Source: an uncultured Actinomycetota bacterium (lineage in GTDB: Bacteria; Actinomycetota; Actinomycetes; Streptomycetales; Streptomycetaceae). Taken from it: a stretch of 64,000 bases of DNA. Position 1 is the stretch's first letter. Every line of letters begins with the position of its first letter. The notes under the pieces were generated by a model. The model searched no databases. It worked only from the letters and a program-made list of their open reading frames with translations, and was not told the origin of the DNA. The stretch lies in assembly GCA_963836215.1 (NCBI GenBank), contig CAWIIU010000005.1, forward strand, positions 690,334-754,333. The letters are read 5' to 3'. Below, one piece after another: positions 55,610 to 64,000 of the stretch. The position numbers were made by a program, and so were the translations under genes.

Positions 55610-56392
55610 GTGGAAGTTGTCATCGTTCCGGATTCCGCCGCGGCCGGCGAGCTCATCGCCGAGGCCATGGCCGAGCTGCTGCGGCACAAGCCCGACGCCC
55701 TCCTCGGCGTCGCCACCGGCTCGACCCCGCTGCCGGTCTACGAGGCTCTCGCCGCCAAGGTGCGCGCGGCCGATGTGGACGCCTCCCGCGCCCGTGTCTG
55801 CCAGCTCGACGAGTACGTGGGCCTGCCCTACGGCCACCCCGAGTCCTACCGCTCGGTCGTACTCCGCCAGGTCGTGGAGCCCCTCGGACTGACCGACAGC
55901 GCCTTCATGGGCCCCGACGGCACCGCCGAGGACGTCGCCGCCGCGTGCGCCGCCTACGACCGCGCGCTGGCCGAGGCCGGCGGTGTCGACCTCCAGCTGC
56001 TGGGCATCGGCACCGACGGTCACATCGGCTTCAACGAGCCGTGCTCCTCGCTCGCCTCCCGTACCCGGATCAAGACCCTCACCGAGCAGACCCGGCAGGA
56101 CAACGCGCGGTTCTTCAGCAGTCCCGACGAGGTCCCGCACCATGTGATCACCCAGGGCATCGGGACCATTCTGGAAGCCCGCCATCTGGTGCTGCTGGCC
56201 ACCGGCGAGGCGAAGGCCGACGCGGTGGCACTCGCCGTCGAGGGGCCGCTGGCCGCCCTGGTGCCCGCGTCCGCCCTGCAACTGCATCCGCACGCGACCG
56301 TCGTCGTCGACGAGGCCGCCGCGTCCCGCCTGAAGCTCGGCGACTACTTCCGCGCCACCTACGCCGCCAAGCCCGCATGGCAGGGAATCTGA
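55610..56392 (+). CDS. nagB: Glucosamine-6-phosphate deaminase
   Basis: LGVATGSTP, QLDEYVGL, LGIGTDGHIGFNEP, ITQGIGTI, LQLHP. Confidence 0.96.
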   Translation: MEVVIVPDSAAAGELIAEAMAELLRHKPDALLGVATGSTPLPVYEALAAKVRAADVDASRARVCQLDEYVGLPYGHPESYRSVVLRQVVEPLGLTDSAFMGPDGTAEDVAAACAAYDRALAEAGGVDLQLLGIGTDGHIGFNEPCSSLASRTRIKTLTEQTRQDNARFFSSPDEVPHHVITQGIGTILEARHLVLLATGEAKADAVALAVEGPLAALVPASALQLHPHATVVVDEAAASRLKLGDYFRATYAAKPAWQGI

Positions 56393-56554
56393 CCCTGCCC
56401 CTTCACGCTCCGGCCGGGTGGGGGGAATTGTCTCGTCCTCAACAAATTCCGCACCGAACGGCTCCTATCCGCTGCCGAGTTGATACGGTGCGCTGGCTCA
56501 GCACTTGACGCGCGTTCAACTGACGCACGTACGTGCAAGCCCCGGGGGATTTCC

Positions 56555-57817
56555 ATGAGCGACGACATCGATGACGACATACATGTGGTCAGAGCGAGTC
56601 TGGAACGTGTCAGGCGGCGTGCCGGACATGTGGTCCGCTACTTCTACGCGCGTCTGTTCCGCCACCATCCGGAGCTGCGCCCGCTGTTCCCCGCGGCGCT
56701 GGACGACCAGTACGAGCGGCTGTTCACCGCCCTCGTCCATGTGGTGGAACACCTCGGACACCCCGGGCTCCCGGGGCACCTGGAGCGACTCGGCCGGGAT
56801 CACCGCAAGTTCGGGATCCTGGAGGAGGACTACACCGCGGTCGGTGAAAGCCTGATCGCCGCGATCCGCCACCACAGCCCGAGTTCGTGGGACGAGACCA
56901 CCGAGCGGGCCTGGCAGCGGGTCTACGACTACGCCGCCGCGACCATGACCGGCGGCGCCCGCCGGTCGTTCGCCGACAACGAGCCCGCCTGGTGGGAGGG
57001 AAAGGTCGTCTCGCACCGGTTGCACGGCGAGCACACGGCCGTGGTCCGGGTCGCCGTCAGCGTCGCGTACCCGTGGGAGCCGGGCCAGTACGCCACGATC
57101 GAGCATCCCGAACTGCCGGGTGTGTGGCGGCCGTACTCGCTCGCCGGACCGCGAGGCGGCGGCGATGTACTGGAATTCCACGTCGGCCGGGTGGCGGGCG
57201 GAGCACTCAGCAACATGCTCTGCGACCGTGTCGAGCCCGGGCAGGTGTTGCGGCTCGGCGCCGCGTCCGGCTCCGCGCTCGCCCCACCGCCGGGCACCCC
57301 GGCCGTCACCCTCGTCGCCGCCGGCACGGGCTGGGCACCGGTCAAGTCGGTCCTCGACGAGTTACTCGCCCGAAGACCCGCTCCCCGCATCCGTATCGAC
57401 GTCGTGGCACGGGGCGAGGCGCACTTCTACGACGGCGCCGCGCTGGACGACATCCTGCGGCGCCACCCCTATCTGAGCGCCTACTGGTGGTATCAGGAGC
57501 GCGGCGAGGGCCAGATGCGCGCCGCGGAGCGGCTGCACACACATCTGCGGGCGCGCCACGACTGGCCCGACGAGAGCGTCTATCTCTGCGGCCCCGTGAT
57601 GTTCGTGCAGGAGACGGCCGAGCTGTTGCACGAGTGCGGACTTCCCGAGCAGTCGCTCATCCGCGACCCGCTGCCCAGCTCCGTCAGACAGCGCGGCCAT
57701 GTCTCCCACGCCGAGGCGTTCCTCGATCCCCCGCCGGTGAACTGGATCGACCCGGACGCCCGCACGCGCCCCCTCGGTCTCACGCTCCCGGCGCCGCAGA
57801 GCGCCATCGGTCACTGA
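56555..57817 (+). CDS. Flavohaemoglobin-like protein (globin + FAD/NAD-binding reductase)
   Basis: FYARLF...RPLFP...Q...GRDHRKFG globin; WRPYSLAG, AAGTGWAP, YLCGP; about 45-aa extra C-terminal tail. Confidence 0.9.
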   Translation: MSDDIDDDIHVVRASLERVRRRAGHVVRYFYARLFRHHPELRPLFPAALDDQYERLFTALVHVVEHLGHPGLPGHLERLGRDHRKFGILEEDYTAVGESLIAAIRHHSPSSWDETTERAWQRVYDYAAATMTGGARRSFADNEPAWWEGKVVSHRLHGEHTAVVRVAVSVAYPWEPGQYATIEHPELPGVWRPYSLAGPRGGGDVLEFHVGRVAGGALSNMLCDRVEPGQVLRLGAASGSALAPPPGTPAVTLVAAGTGWAPVKSVLDELLARRPAPRIRIDVVARGEAHFYDGAALDDILRRHPYLSAYWWYQERGEGQMRAAERLHTHLRARHDWPDESVYLCGPVMFVQETAELLHECGLPEQSLIRDPLPSSVRQRGHVSHAEAFLDPPPVNWIDPDARTRPLGLTLPAPQSAIGH

Positions 57818-59979
57818 CCCGACGCACGCCGCCTCTCGAACTCGTCCGCCCAGTGCTTCGTCCGGTCGAGGTAGGCGGTCTCAGCAGCCGCGCCGGTCTT
57901 TCCGTACGCCCCGGAGTACGTCTGGTAGCCGAACCCGGCGGGCGGGTCGGCGGCCGCGGGTTCGATGGTGCTCCCCTCGTGCCACTCGTTGAACGACGTC
58001 ACGGAGACCCACGTGGGTGAACCCCCGATCGCCGGGTCGAGAGCGTTGTTCCACTCCTTGTCGTAGGTGGCACCGTTCGAACGGCCCAGTGTGGGCGTGG
58101 TGTTGCCCGGTACCGCACGGTCGTCCATGTAACCCGGGGCGACCGAGGGCGCCCAGATGAGGCCGTGCGCCTTCGCGTAGTCGCCGGCCTGCTTCCACCC
58201 GGGAGCGGTGGCGCCGGCGATGCCGTCGTAGGTGTAGAGGCCGGAGAAGTGACCGGTCTTCGTGGTGTCGGTGGTCTGCGCGAGGACGATGCTGTCGCCG
58301 GTGACCTGGTCGAGGGCCGTCCAGTCGGAGATCCGTAGGCTTTCGAAGATGTAGAAGGCCGAGCGGTCGCCGTGCGCGGCGTCCCGGTGGAAGGCGGGAT
58401 GGCTGCCGTACGTCGTGTTCAGGTAGCGGATGTCCTCGACGACGGACTGGGCGGTGCGTCCGCTGTACGGCTCGATGTGCCAGGCCACTTCGACGCCTTG
58501 CCGCGCGGCCGCGTCCAGCACCCGCCGGGCCAGCCCGTCCTCGTATCCGCCGCGCCCCCACCAGCTGTAGACGATGACCCCGGCGCCGGACCGCGCGACC
58601 CACTTCATGTGCTGCTCCACCGCCGCGGCCACGTCTCCGGAGTCGTACGGGCCGAGGGCGGGGTAGAGGTCCGCGCCGATGTCCTGCGGCGGGGTGCGGC
58701 CGCCCTGCTGCCAGTGCCGCCAGCTTCCCTGTCCCGCGGGAGTGCCGTACCAGGGGTAGTAGAAGAGGTGGACGTTCTGCGACAGGGCTTCGGTGGCGGG
58801 TGGTGCCGTGCCGAGTGTGCAGGTGTCGATGTCGAAGAGCGCGCCGGCACCGCCGGTGAAGCGGAGGAACAGTGGCCCGCTCCCGGTGGCGTTGAGGGTG
58901 GTCGACACCGTGGTGAACGTTTCCCAGCCACCGGTCGGCGCCACGTTCACCGTGCCGAGCAGTGGGCCGGTCGCCGAACCGGCGCGGACCTCGACGGTGC
59001 CGCCCGCCCCGTCCGAGGAGACCATTGCAGTGAAGGTCGTGGCGCCTGCCGTGCCGACCGACGCGTAACCGGCCCAGTCACCGTTGTCGATGTAGCCGAG
59101 AGTCCGGCCGCCGCTCGCATTGCCGTGCGCCGCGGGCTGGACGCCCGAACCGGACGTGTACGACTCCCCCTCGACGGTCTTCGGTCCGGTGTCGCCCCTC
59201 GGACTGCAGTCGGCGGGGGCGGTGCCCCCCGCGTAGCGGAGGCCGCCGAGCAGCAGCGAGCGGAACGCGGGATCGCTGTAGGACTCGGCGGTGTGGCCGA
59301 GCCCGGTGTAGAAGGAGCGTCCCGAACCCTGCGGATGGCACCAGGTGATGGGATGGTCCCCGCCCATCTCGCCGCCGCTGTAACTGGATTCGTCCAGAGA
59401 CTGCAGGACGCGCACTCGGGAGCGCGGGTTGGTGCGGTAGTTGTACCACTCGTCCGTCCGGCTCCAGGTGGGCCCGAGGTGAGCGGTCGCCGGATGCGAG
59501 CTGTCCTCGGTGGTGACCCTGGCCTGCTGGATGGCCGGGTGGCTCTGGAAGCGGGCACCGACGAGTTGTTCGTAGTGCGGCCACCCGTACTCCGTGTCGG
59601 CGGCCGCGTGGACTCCGACGAAGCCTCCGCCGGAGTCGACGTACGACTGCAGGGCGCTCTGCTGCGCGTCGTTCAGTACATCGCCGGTGGTGTTGAGGAA
59701 GACGACCGCTTCGTAGCCCGCGAGGCCATCGGGGGTGAAGGCGGCGCTGTCCTCGGTGGCGGTGACGGAGAAGCTGTCGGCGGCGCCGAGGGTGCGCAGG
59801 GCGTCGATGCCCGCCGGGATGGAGTCGTGCCGGAAGCCGGCGGTCCTGGAGAAGACGAGTACGTCGTGGTCGGCGGCGGCAGCGGTGGCGGGTGTCGCCG
59901 GCGTTCCGGCGAAGGCAAGTGCGAGGGTCGCCAGCAGGGCCGCCGAGCGACGGACGAAGGTGCGGTGCGAGTACGTCAC
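57811..59979 (-). CDS. Secreted ThuA-like + CBM6 + GH99 (endo-alpha-mannosidase/mannanase-like) fusion
   Basis: GTG 59979 after GGAAGGGG; VLVFSRTAGFRHDSI (ThuA); CBM6; HLFYYPWY, YPALGPYDS, YSWWG, HIEPY, SFNEWHEGSTIEP (GH99). Confidence 0.88.
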   Translation of the reverse strand: MTYSHRTFVRRSAALLATLALAFAGTPATPATAAAADHDVLVFSRTAGFRHDSIPAGIDALRTLGAADSFSVTATEDSAAFTPDGLAGYEAVVFLNTTGDVLNDAQQSALQSYVDSGGGFVGVHAAADTEYGWPHYEQLVGARFQSHPAIQQARVTTEDSSHPATAHLGPTWSRTDEWYNYRTNPRSRVRVLQSLDESSYSGGEMGGDHPITWCHPQGSGRSFYTGLGHTAESYSDPAFRSLLLGGLRYAGGTAPADCSPRGDTGPKTVEGESYTSGSGVQPAAHGNASGGRTLGYIDNGDWAGYASVGTAGATTFTAMVSSDGAGGTVEVRAGSATGPLLGTVNVAPTGGWETFTTVSTTLNATGSGPLFLRFTGGAGALFDIDTCTLGTAPPATEALSQNVHLFYYPWYGTPAGQGSWRHWQQGGRTPPQDIGADLYPALGPYDSGDVAAAVEQHMKWVARSGAGVIVYSWWGRGGYEDGLARRVLDAAARQGVEVAWHIEPYSGRTAQSVVEDIRYLNTTYGSHPAFHRDAAHGDRSAFYIFESLRISDWTALDQVTGDSIVLAQTTDTTKTGHFSGLYTYDGIAGATAPGWKQAGDYAKAHGLIWAPSVAPGYMDDRAVPGNTTPTLGRSNGATYDKEWNNALDPAIGGSPTWVSVTSFNEWHEGSTIEPAAADPPAGFGYQTYSGAYGKTGAAAETAYLDRTKHWADEFERRRASGQ
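58810..59187 (-). repeat. CBM6 copy B, paralogous to 60001-60378
   Basis: 126-aa module with 108/126 identical residues to copy A by manual alignment. Confidence 0.9.
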
Positions 59980-59997
59980 GATGTCCCCTTCCACCCG

Positions 59998-62817
59998 TCA
60001 GCCGAGGGTGAAGGTGTCGATGTCGAGGAGGGCTCCGGAGCCGCCCGTGAAGCGGAGGAACAGCGGTCCGTCACCGGTGCCGTTGAGCGCGGCCGAGACG
60101 GTGGTGAAGGTCTCCCAGCCGCCGGTGGGCGCGACGGCGACCGCCCCGAGCAGGGGGCCGGTCGCCGACCCCGAACGGATCTCGACGGTGCCGCCCGCGC
60201 CGCCCGATGACACGGTGGCGGCGAAGGTCCGCGCACCGGCCGTGGACACGGACGCGTAGCCGGCCCAGTCGCCGTTGTCGATGTAGCCGAGGGTCCGGCC
60301 GCCGCTCGCGTTGTCGTGCGCCGCGGGCTGGACGCCGGAACCGGAGGTGTACGACTCCCCCTCGACGGTCGTCGGTCCGGTGACGCCCCCGGTGGTGAGC
60401 GTGAAGGCGTCGATGTCGAAGAGGTTGCCCTGGCCCGTGACGCCCTTGAAGACGAGAGACAGCGTCGTCGTGCCGGAGGGGACGTTCGTCAGGCCGGTCG
60501 TCACCTCGGTGAAGTTGTCCCAGCCGCCGGTCGGCGCCACGGTCATGGTGCCCAGCAGTGTGCCGGTCGCCGAACCGGCCCTGACCTCGAGGGTTCCGCC
60601 GGCTCCGCCGGACGAGACGCGTGCCGTGGCGCTCCTGGCACCGGCGAGTGCATAGGGCTGGAAGGAGATCCAGTCGCCGTTGTCGGTGAAGCCGACCGTC
60701 TTCCCGCCCTCGGCGCCGCCGTGCTCCGCGGTCTGGATGCCCGACTGTGCGGTGAAGTGCTCGGCCTGCCGGTGTCTCGGTTGCAGCAGGCGCACGCTGT
60801 GCGAGGTCAGTCCGCCGTTGTCGGTGTACTCGGCGTCGAAGACCCCGTAGAGGTTGGCGGCGCTGTCGTGTTCACCATCGGCGGGGACGGCGATGGAGCC
60901 GGAGCAGCCGTTCTTCGAGGTGATCTGATGGCGGTGGCTGTCGTGTCCCAGGAGGTAGGTGACCTTCACCCTGGCGCAGTCGACCGTCCCGTCGTCGGGG
61001 TCGGTGACCTGCACCTGGAACGGCACGGTGTCGCCGAAGGAGAACAGCGCACCGTCGGCGGGGGTCGTCAGACCCACCGTCGGTGCGGTGTTGCCTGCCG
61101 TGACGACCAGGCTCGCGGTGCCGGTGAGCCCTTCGGGGTCGCGCACGGTCAGCGTCGGCCGGTAGGAGCCCGCGCTCGTATACGTGTGGCTGGGGTTCGC
61201 GGCCGTGGAACCGGTCCCGTCGCCGAAGTCCCAGGAGTAGGTCAGGGGTCTGCCCTCGGGGTCCACGCTGCCCTGCGACGAGAAGGCCACGGTCAGCGGG
61301 GTGGGCCCGGAGGTCTTGTCGGCCGCGGCCTTGGCGACCGGGTTGCGGTTGCTGCCGGCGAGATACTCGACGCGGTACAGCGCCTGGTCACCCGCGCCCG
61401 ATCCGTAGTCGAGGACGTACAGCGCCCCGTCGGGGCCGAAGTCGGTGTCGATGATCTGCGTGCCGGTCCACGGGAAGTCCTCGATCACGCCGCGCGAACC
61501 GTCGCTCCTGACCTCGATGGCCTTGATCCACCGGCGGCCGAGCTCAGCCGCGAAGTAGCGTCCGTCGAGCGACTGGGGGAACTTCACCGGAGAGTCGAGA
61601 TTCGGGTCGTAGCGATAGACCTCGCCGCCCATGGGTGATTCCGAGCCGCCGCCGAACTCGGGCGGGGAACCCGCGTCGCCGTACTTGATCCAGCTCTGCT
61701 GCACGGCGGGGAGCGTGGCGAGACCGGTGTTGCGGAACGAGTTGTTCGCGGGGCCGCCGGTGCAGTTGTACTTGGCTCCGGACGGGCCGCCGGGGAACGT
61801 GTACTCGTTGTACGTCTCCGAAGCGGTGTTGGTGCCGGTGCAGTAGGGCCAGCCGTGGTTGCCCGGAGCGGTGATGCGGTCGAACTCCACCTGGCCGCCG
61901 GGACCCCGGTTCGGGTCGGTCGTGCCCGCGTCGGGGCCGTAGTCGCCCAGGTAGACGGTGCCGGTGGTGCGGTCGACGGACATCCGGAAGGGGTTGCGGA
62001 AGCCCATCGCGTAGATCTCCGGACGGGTCCTGGCGGTGCCGGGGGCGAAGAGGTTGCCGGCGGGGACGGTGTAACTGCCGTCCGCCTGTGGCTTGATGCG
62101 CAGCACCTTGCCGCGCAGGTCGTTGGTGTTGGCGGAGGACCGCTGGGCATCGAACTGCGGGTTGCGGTCGGCGCGTTCGTCGATGGGGCTGTAGCCGACG
62201 GACTCGAACGGGTTGGTGTCGTCGCCGGTGGTCAGATAGAGATTTCCGGCTGCGTCGAAGTCGATGTCTCCGCCGACGTGGCAGCACTGGCCGCGGTCGT
62301 TGGGGACTTCCAGGACGACCTTCTCGGAGGCGGGGTCGAGGGTGCCGTCGGGCTTGAGCGTGAACCGCGAGAGGTTCAGATGGCCTTTCCAGCGCTCGAA
62401 GTCGGCGGCGCCGCCGGTGACAGGGGCGTCTCCGGCCGGCGTGTCCAGCTTCGGGGAGTAGTAGAGGTAGACATGACGGTTGACGGTGAAGGCCGGGTCG
62501 GCCGCCACTCCCTGGAGTCCTTCCTCGTCATGGGTGTAGACATCGAGCCTGCCGGCGACTTTGGTGTTCCCCGCGGGGTCGGTGTAGCGGACCGTCCCGT
62601 CGCGCGCGGTGTGCAGTACGGCCCGGTCGGGCAGCACCGCGAGCGACATGGCCTCACCCATCTCAGCGGGCCCGTAGGCGAGTTGGACCTGCTGGTAGTC
62701 GGCGGGCGGGATGGCACCCGGCGCCCCGGCCGCGGTGCCGGTCACCGCCCCGCCGGACAGCAGCAGCGTGAAGGCGGCGAACGGTGCCGCCCACGCCGGA
62801 AAACGGCGTAAGGGCAT
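59998..62817 (-). CDS. Secreted PQQ-dependent sugar dehydrogenase-like (GSDH beta-propeller) + PKD + two CBM6 domains
   Basis: Signal peptide; EEGLQG, HVGGDIDFD, DLRGKVLRI, YAMGFRNPFR, DFGPDGALY; PKD TYSWDFGDG; two IDNGDW-type CBM6 modules. Confidence 0.88.
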   Translation of the reverse strand: MPLRRFPAWAAPFAAFTLLLSGGAVTGTAAGAPGAIPPADYQQVQLAYGPAEMGEAMSLAVLPDRAVLHTARDGTVRYTDPAGNTKVAGRLDVYTHDEEGLQGVAADPAFTVNRHVYLYYSPKLDTPAGDAPVTGGAADFERWKGHLNLSRFTLKPDGTLDPASEKVVLEVPNDRGQCCHVGGDIDFDAAGNLYLTTGDDTNPFESVGYSPIDERADRNPQFDAQRSSANTNDLRGKVLRIKPQADGSYTVPAGNLFAPGTARTRPEIYAMGFRNPFRMSVDRTTGTVYLGDYGPDAGTTDPNRGPGGQVEFDRITAPGNHGWPYCTGTNTASETYNEYTFPGGPSGAKYNCTGGPANNSFRNTGLATLPAVQQSWIKYGDAGSPPEFGGGSESPMGGEVYRYDPNLDSPVKFPQSLDGRYFAAELGRRWIKAIEVRSDGSRGVIEDFPWTGTQIIDTDFGPDGALYVLDYGSGAGDQALYRVEYLAGSNRNPVAKAAADKTSGPTPLTVAFSSQGSVDPEGRPLTYSWDFGDGTGSTAANPSHTYTSAGSYRPTLTVRDPEGLTGTASLVVTAGNTAPTVGLTTPADGALFSFGDTVPFQVQVTDPDDGTVDCARVKVTYLLGHDSHRHQITSKNGCSGSIAVPADGEHDSAANLYGVFDAEYTDNGGLTSHSVRLLQPRHRQAEHFTAQSGIQTAEHGGAEGGKTVGFTDNGDWISFQPYALAGARSATARVSSGGAGGTLEVRAGSATGTLLGTMTVAPTGGWDNFTEVTTGLTNVPSGTTTLSLVFKGVTGQGNLFDIDAFTLTTGGVTGPTTVEGESYTSGSGVQPAAHDNASGGRTLGYIDNGDWAGYASVSTAGARTFAATVSSGGAGGTVEIRSGSATGPLLGAVAVAPTGGWETFTTVSAALNGTGDGPLFLRFTGGSGALLDIDTFTLG
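60001..60378 (-). repeat. CBM6 copy A
   Basis: See copy B; identical runs such as VEGESYTSGSGVQPAAH and NASGGRTLGYIDNGDWAGYASV. Confidence 0.9.
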
Positions 62818-62911
62818 GGAGAGGTTCCTTCCTGACTCAATGGGGGTGCGTCAGGCAAGGCGCGCGACGGCATGCGTCCACCGTCAAGGGGCATACGGCC
62901 CTGCGGAGTTC

Positions 62912-62998
62912 TTGCATGAATTGCGAAGATACTTGTCCACGTCGTGCGAGTGTTTTGCATGTTCGCAACGCAAGGTCAATTTGTCAAGGCTATGTCAA
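62912..62998. promoter_or_regulatory. AT-rich promoter/operator region of the GSDH-GH99 operon
   Basis: TTGCATG twice (62912, 62955), the second inside TTGC-N6-GCAA; three GTCAA (minus-strand TTGAC) at 62975, 62983, 62994. Confidence 0.5.
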
Positions 62999-63058
62999 AA
63001 TCCCGGGCAACCGCTCTCCCCGCTGCCCGCGATGCCGAGTTGACCGATGACACACGGA

Positions 63059-63088
63059 AGCGGCACCACCGGGGAGGGTGGTGCCGCT
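63059..63088 (-). terminator. Intrinsic terminator downstream of the xdhC-like gene
   Basis: AGCGGCACCACC-N6-GGTGGTGCCGCT perfect 12-bp stem. Confidence 0.7.
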
Positions 63089-63197
63089 GCCGCCCCGATT
63101 CTGCGTGGACGTGTCAACGTCTGCGGTCGCTCCGGGCTCTGCTGCGGCATGGTGCGGCGCCTCACCGAACCGGCCCCGCAGCGCTGCCCGCTCTCTC

Positions 63198-64000
63198 TCA
63201 GACGGACTTGAGGCGCGCGGGATGAATCGCTCCGGCCGTACGGGCCAGTGGCGCACCGCTGCCGCCCCAGCGCAGGGCGACGATCTCCGCCGCGACCGAG
63301 ACGGCCACCTCCTCCGGTGTCCGGGCGCCGAGGTCGAGGCCGATCGGCGAATGCAGCCGCCGCAGAGCCTCCTCGTCGAGCCCCTTCTCCCGAAGCCGCG
63401 CCATGCGGTCCTCGTGCGTACGGCGGCTTCCCATCGCACCGATGTACGCCGCCGGTGTGCGCAGGGCGACTTCCAGCAGCGGGACGTCGAACTTCGGGTC
63501 ATGGGTGAGCACGCACAGCACGGTCCTCCCGTCGACCTCCGTCTCCCGCAGGTACCGGTGCGGCCAGTCGACGACCACCTCGACCCCGCTGGGGAAGCGG
63601 CGCGGATCGGCGAAGACGGGGCGCGCGTCGCACACGGTCACCCGGTAGCCGAGGAACGCACCGATCCCGGCGACCGCGGCCGCGAAGTCGATCGCACCGA
63701 AGACCAGCATCCGCGGCGGCGGGGCGAAGGAGTGCAGGAACACGGTGACGTCGTCCTCCCTCCGCTCGCCCCGCGGGCCGTAGTGGCGCCGGCCCGTCGC
63801 GCCCTGGGCCAGCTCCCCGCGCGCGTCGTCGGTGACCGCTGCGTCCAGTCCCGACGTCCCCAAGGAGCCCGCCACCCGGTCGGGCCAGACGGCGAGGGTG
63901 GCACCGCGCGGGGCGGGGCCGTCCACGACCGTGGCCGCCACGACCGGTTGATGCCCGGCGACCGATGCGGCCACCTCGCCGAAGGACGGGTCGGCCTCGG
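63198..64000 (-). CDS. XdhC/CoxI family molybdoenzyme accessory protein, 5' end outside the window
   Basis: RMLVFGAIDFA, VTVCDAR, LTHDPKFD, YIGAMGSRR, PIGLDLGARTPEE. Confidence 0.92.
   Translation of the reverse strand, partial: EADPSFGEVAASVAGHQPVVAATVVDGPAPRGATLAVWPDRVAGSLGTSGLDAAVTDDARGELAQGATGRRHYGPRGERREDDVTVFLHSFAPPPRMLVFGAIDFAAAVAGIGAFLGYRVTVCDARPVFADPRRFPSGVEVVVDWPHRYLRETEVDGRTVLCVLTHDPKFDVPLLEVALRTPAAYIGAMGSRRTHEDRMARLREKGLDEEALRRLHSPIGLDLGARTPEEVAVSVAAEIVALRWGGSGAPLARTAGAIHPARLKSV

Noticed and set aside
56393-56554. NsrR or other operator upstream of the flavohaemoglobin (TTGA-N7-TCAA)
   Set aside because: Only a 4-bp inverted repeat, with no match to the Streptomyces NsrR site as I recall it.
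62742-62960. 72-aa ORF on the minus strand overlapping the GSDH start, as a possible leader peptide
   Set aside because: It lies in the promoter/5'UTR, has atypical codon usage and no RBS or motif.
1-64000. CRISPR array, tRNA/rRNA, IS/transposase, prophage or integrase
   Set aside because: No regularly spaced repeats, RNA-gene signatures or DDE/tyrosine-recombinase motifs were seen; visual inspection only, so tRNAscan and Infernal should confirm.
1-64000. bldA-dependent TTA codons
   Set aside because: The tta/taa triplets I checked inside genes were out of frame (mostly TAC or AAG/AAC codons); the scan was not exhaustive.

Overview
High-GC actinobacterial chromosomal segment; gene content and codon style fit Streptomyces (inference). 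About 60 CDS; no rRNA, tRNA, CRISPR array or transposase recognised. Left to right: (1) 1-11.4 kb: partial Ser/Thr kinase, MpaB/DUF2236 oxygenase, FadE26/29-like acyl-CoA dehydrogenase with a perfect KstR-type box, serine hydrolase, enoyl-CoA hydratase, GAF-PAS-GAF-PP2C protein and a large secreted phosphodiester glycosidase-metallophosphoesterase. (2) 11.6-17 kb: organosulfur scavenging operon (ABC importer, LLM monooxygenase, TauD dioxygenase) preceded by a 27-aa Cys-containing leader peptide absent from the ORF track. (3) 17.9-45.8 kb: a dense general-stress island with two SigB/F/G sigma factors, two anti-sigma HATPases, a STAS protein, an ANTAR-PP2C, a poly-HAMP hybrid kinase, an ndh-tkt-LigD-Pol operon, a frameshifted CBS gene, PfpI, a complete gvpOAFGYZJLSK gas-vesicle cluster, a PolX-derived PHP protein and Dps. 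Eight SigB-like promoter candidates (GNNT-N13-16-GGG(C/T)A(C/G)) are readable upstream of genes in this island. (4) 45.9-57.8 kb: phospholipase C, LCP protein, P450, two sortases (one with an adjacent candidate substrate), dhaKLM, a 71-aa Zn-ribbon protein ending in a beta-clamp-like QLPLF motif, nagB with a DasR site, and a flavohaemoglobin. (5) 57.8-64 kb: a secreted two-gene carbohydrate module (GSDH-PKD-CBM6-CBM6 plus ThuA-CBM6-GH99) sharing an 86%-identical CBM6, then a partial XdhC. All family assignments come from motif recognition, not database searches.
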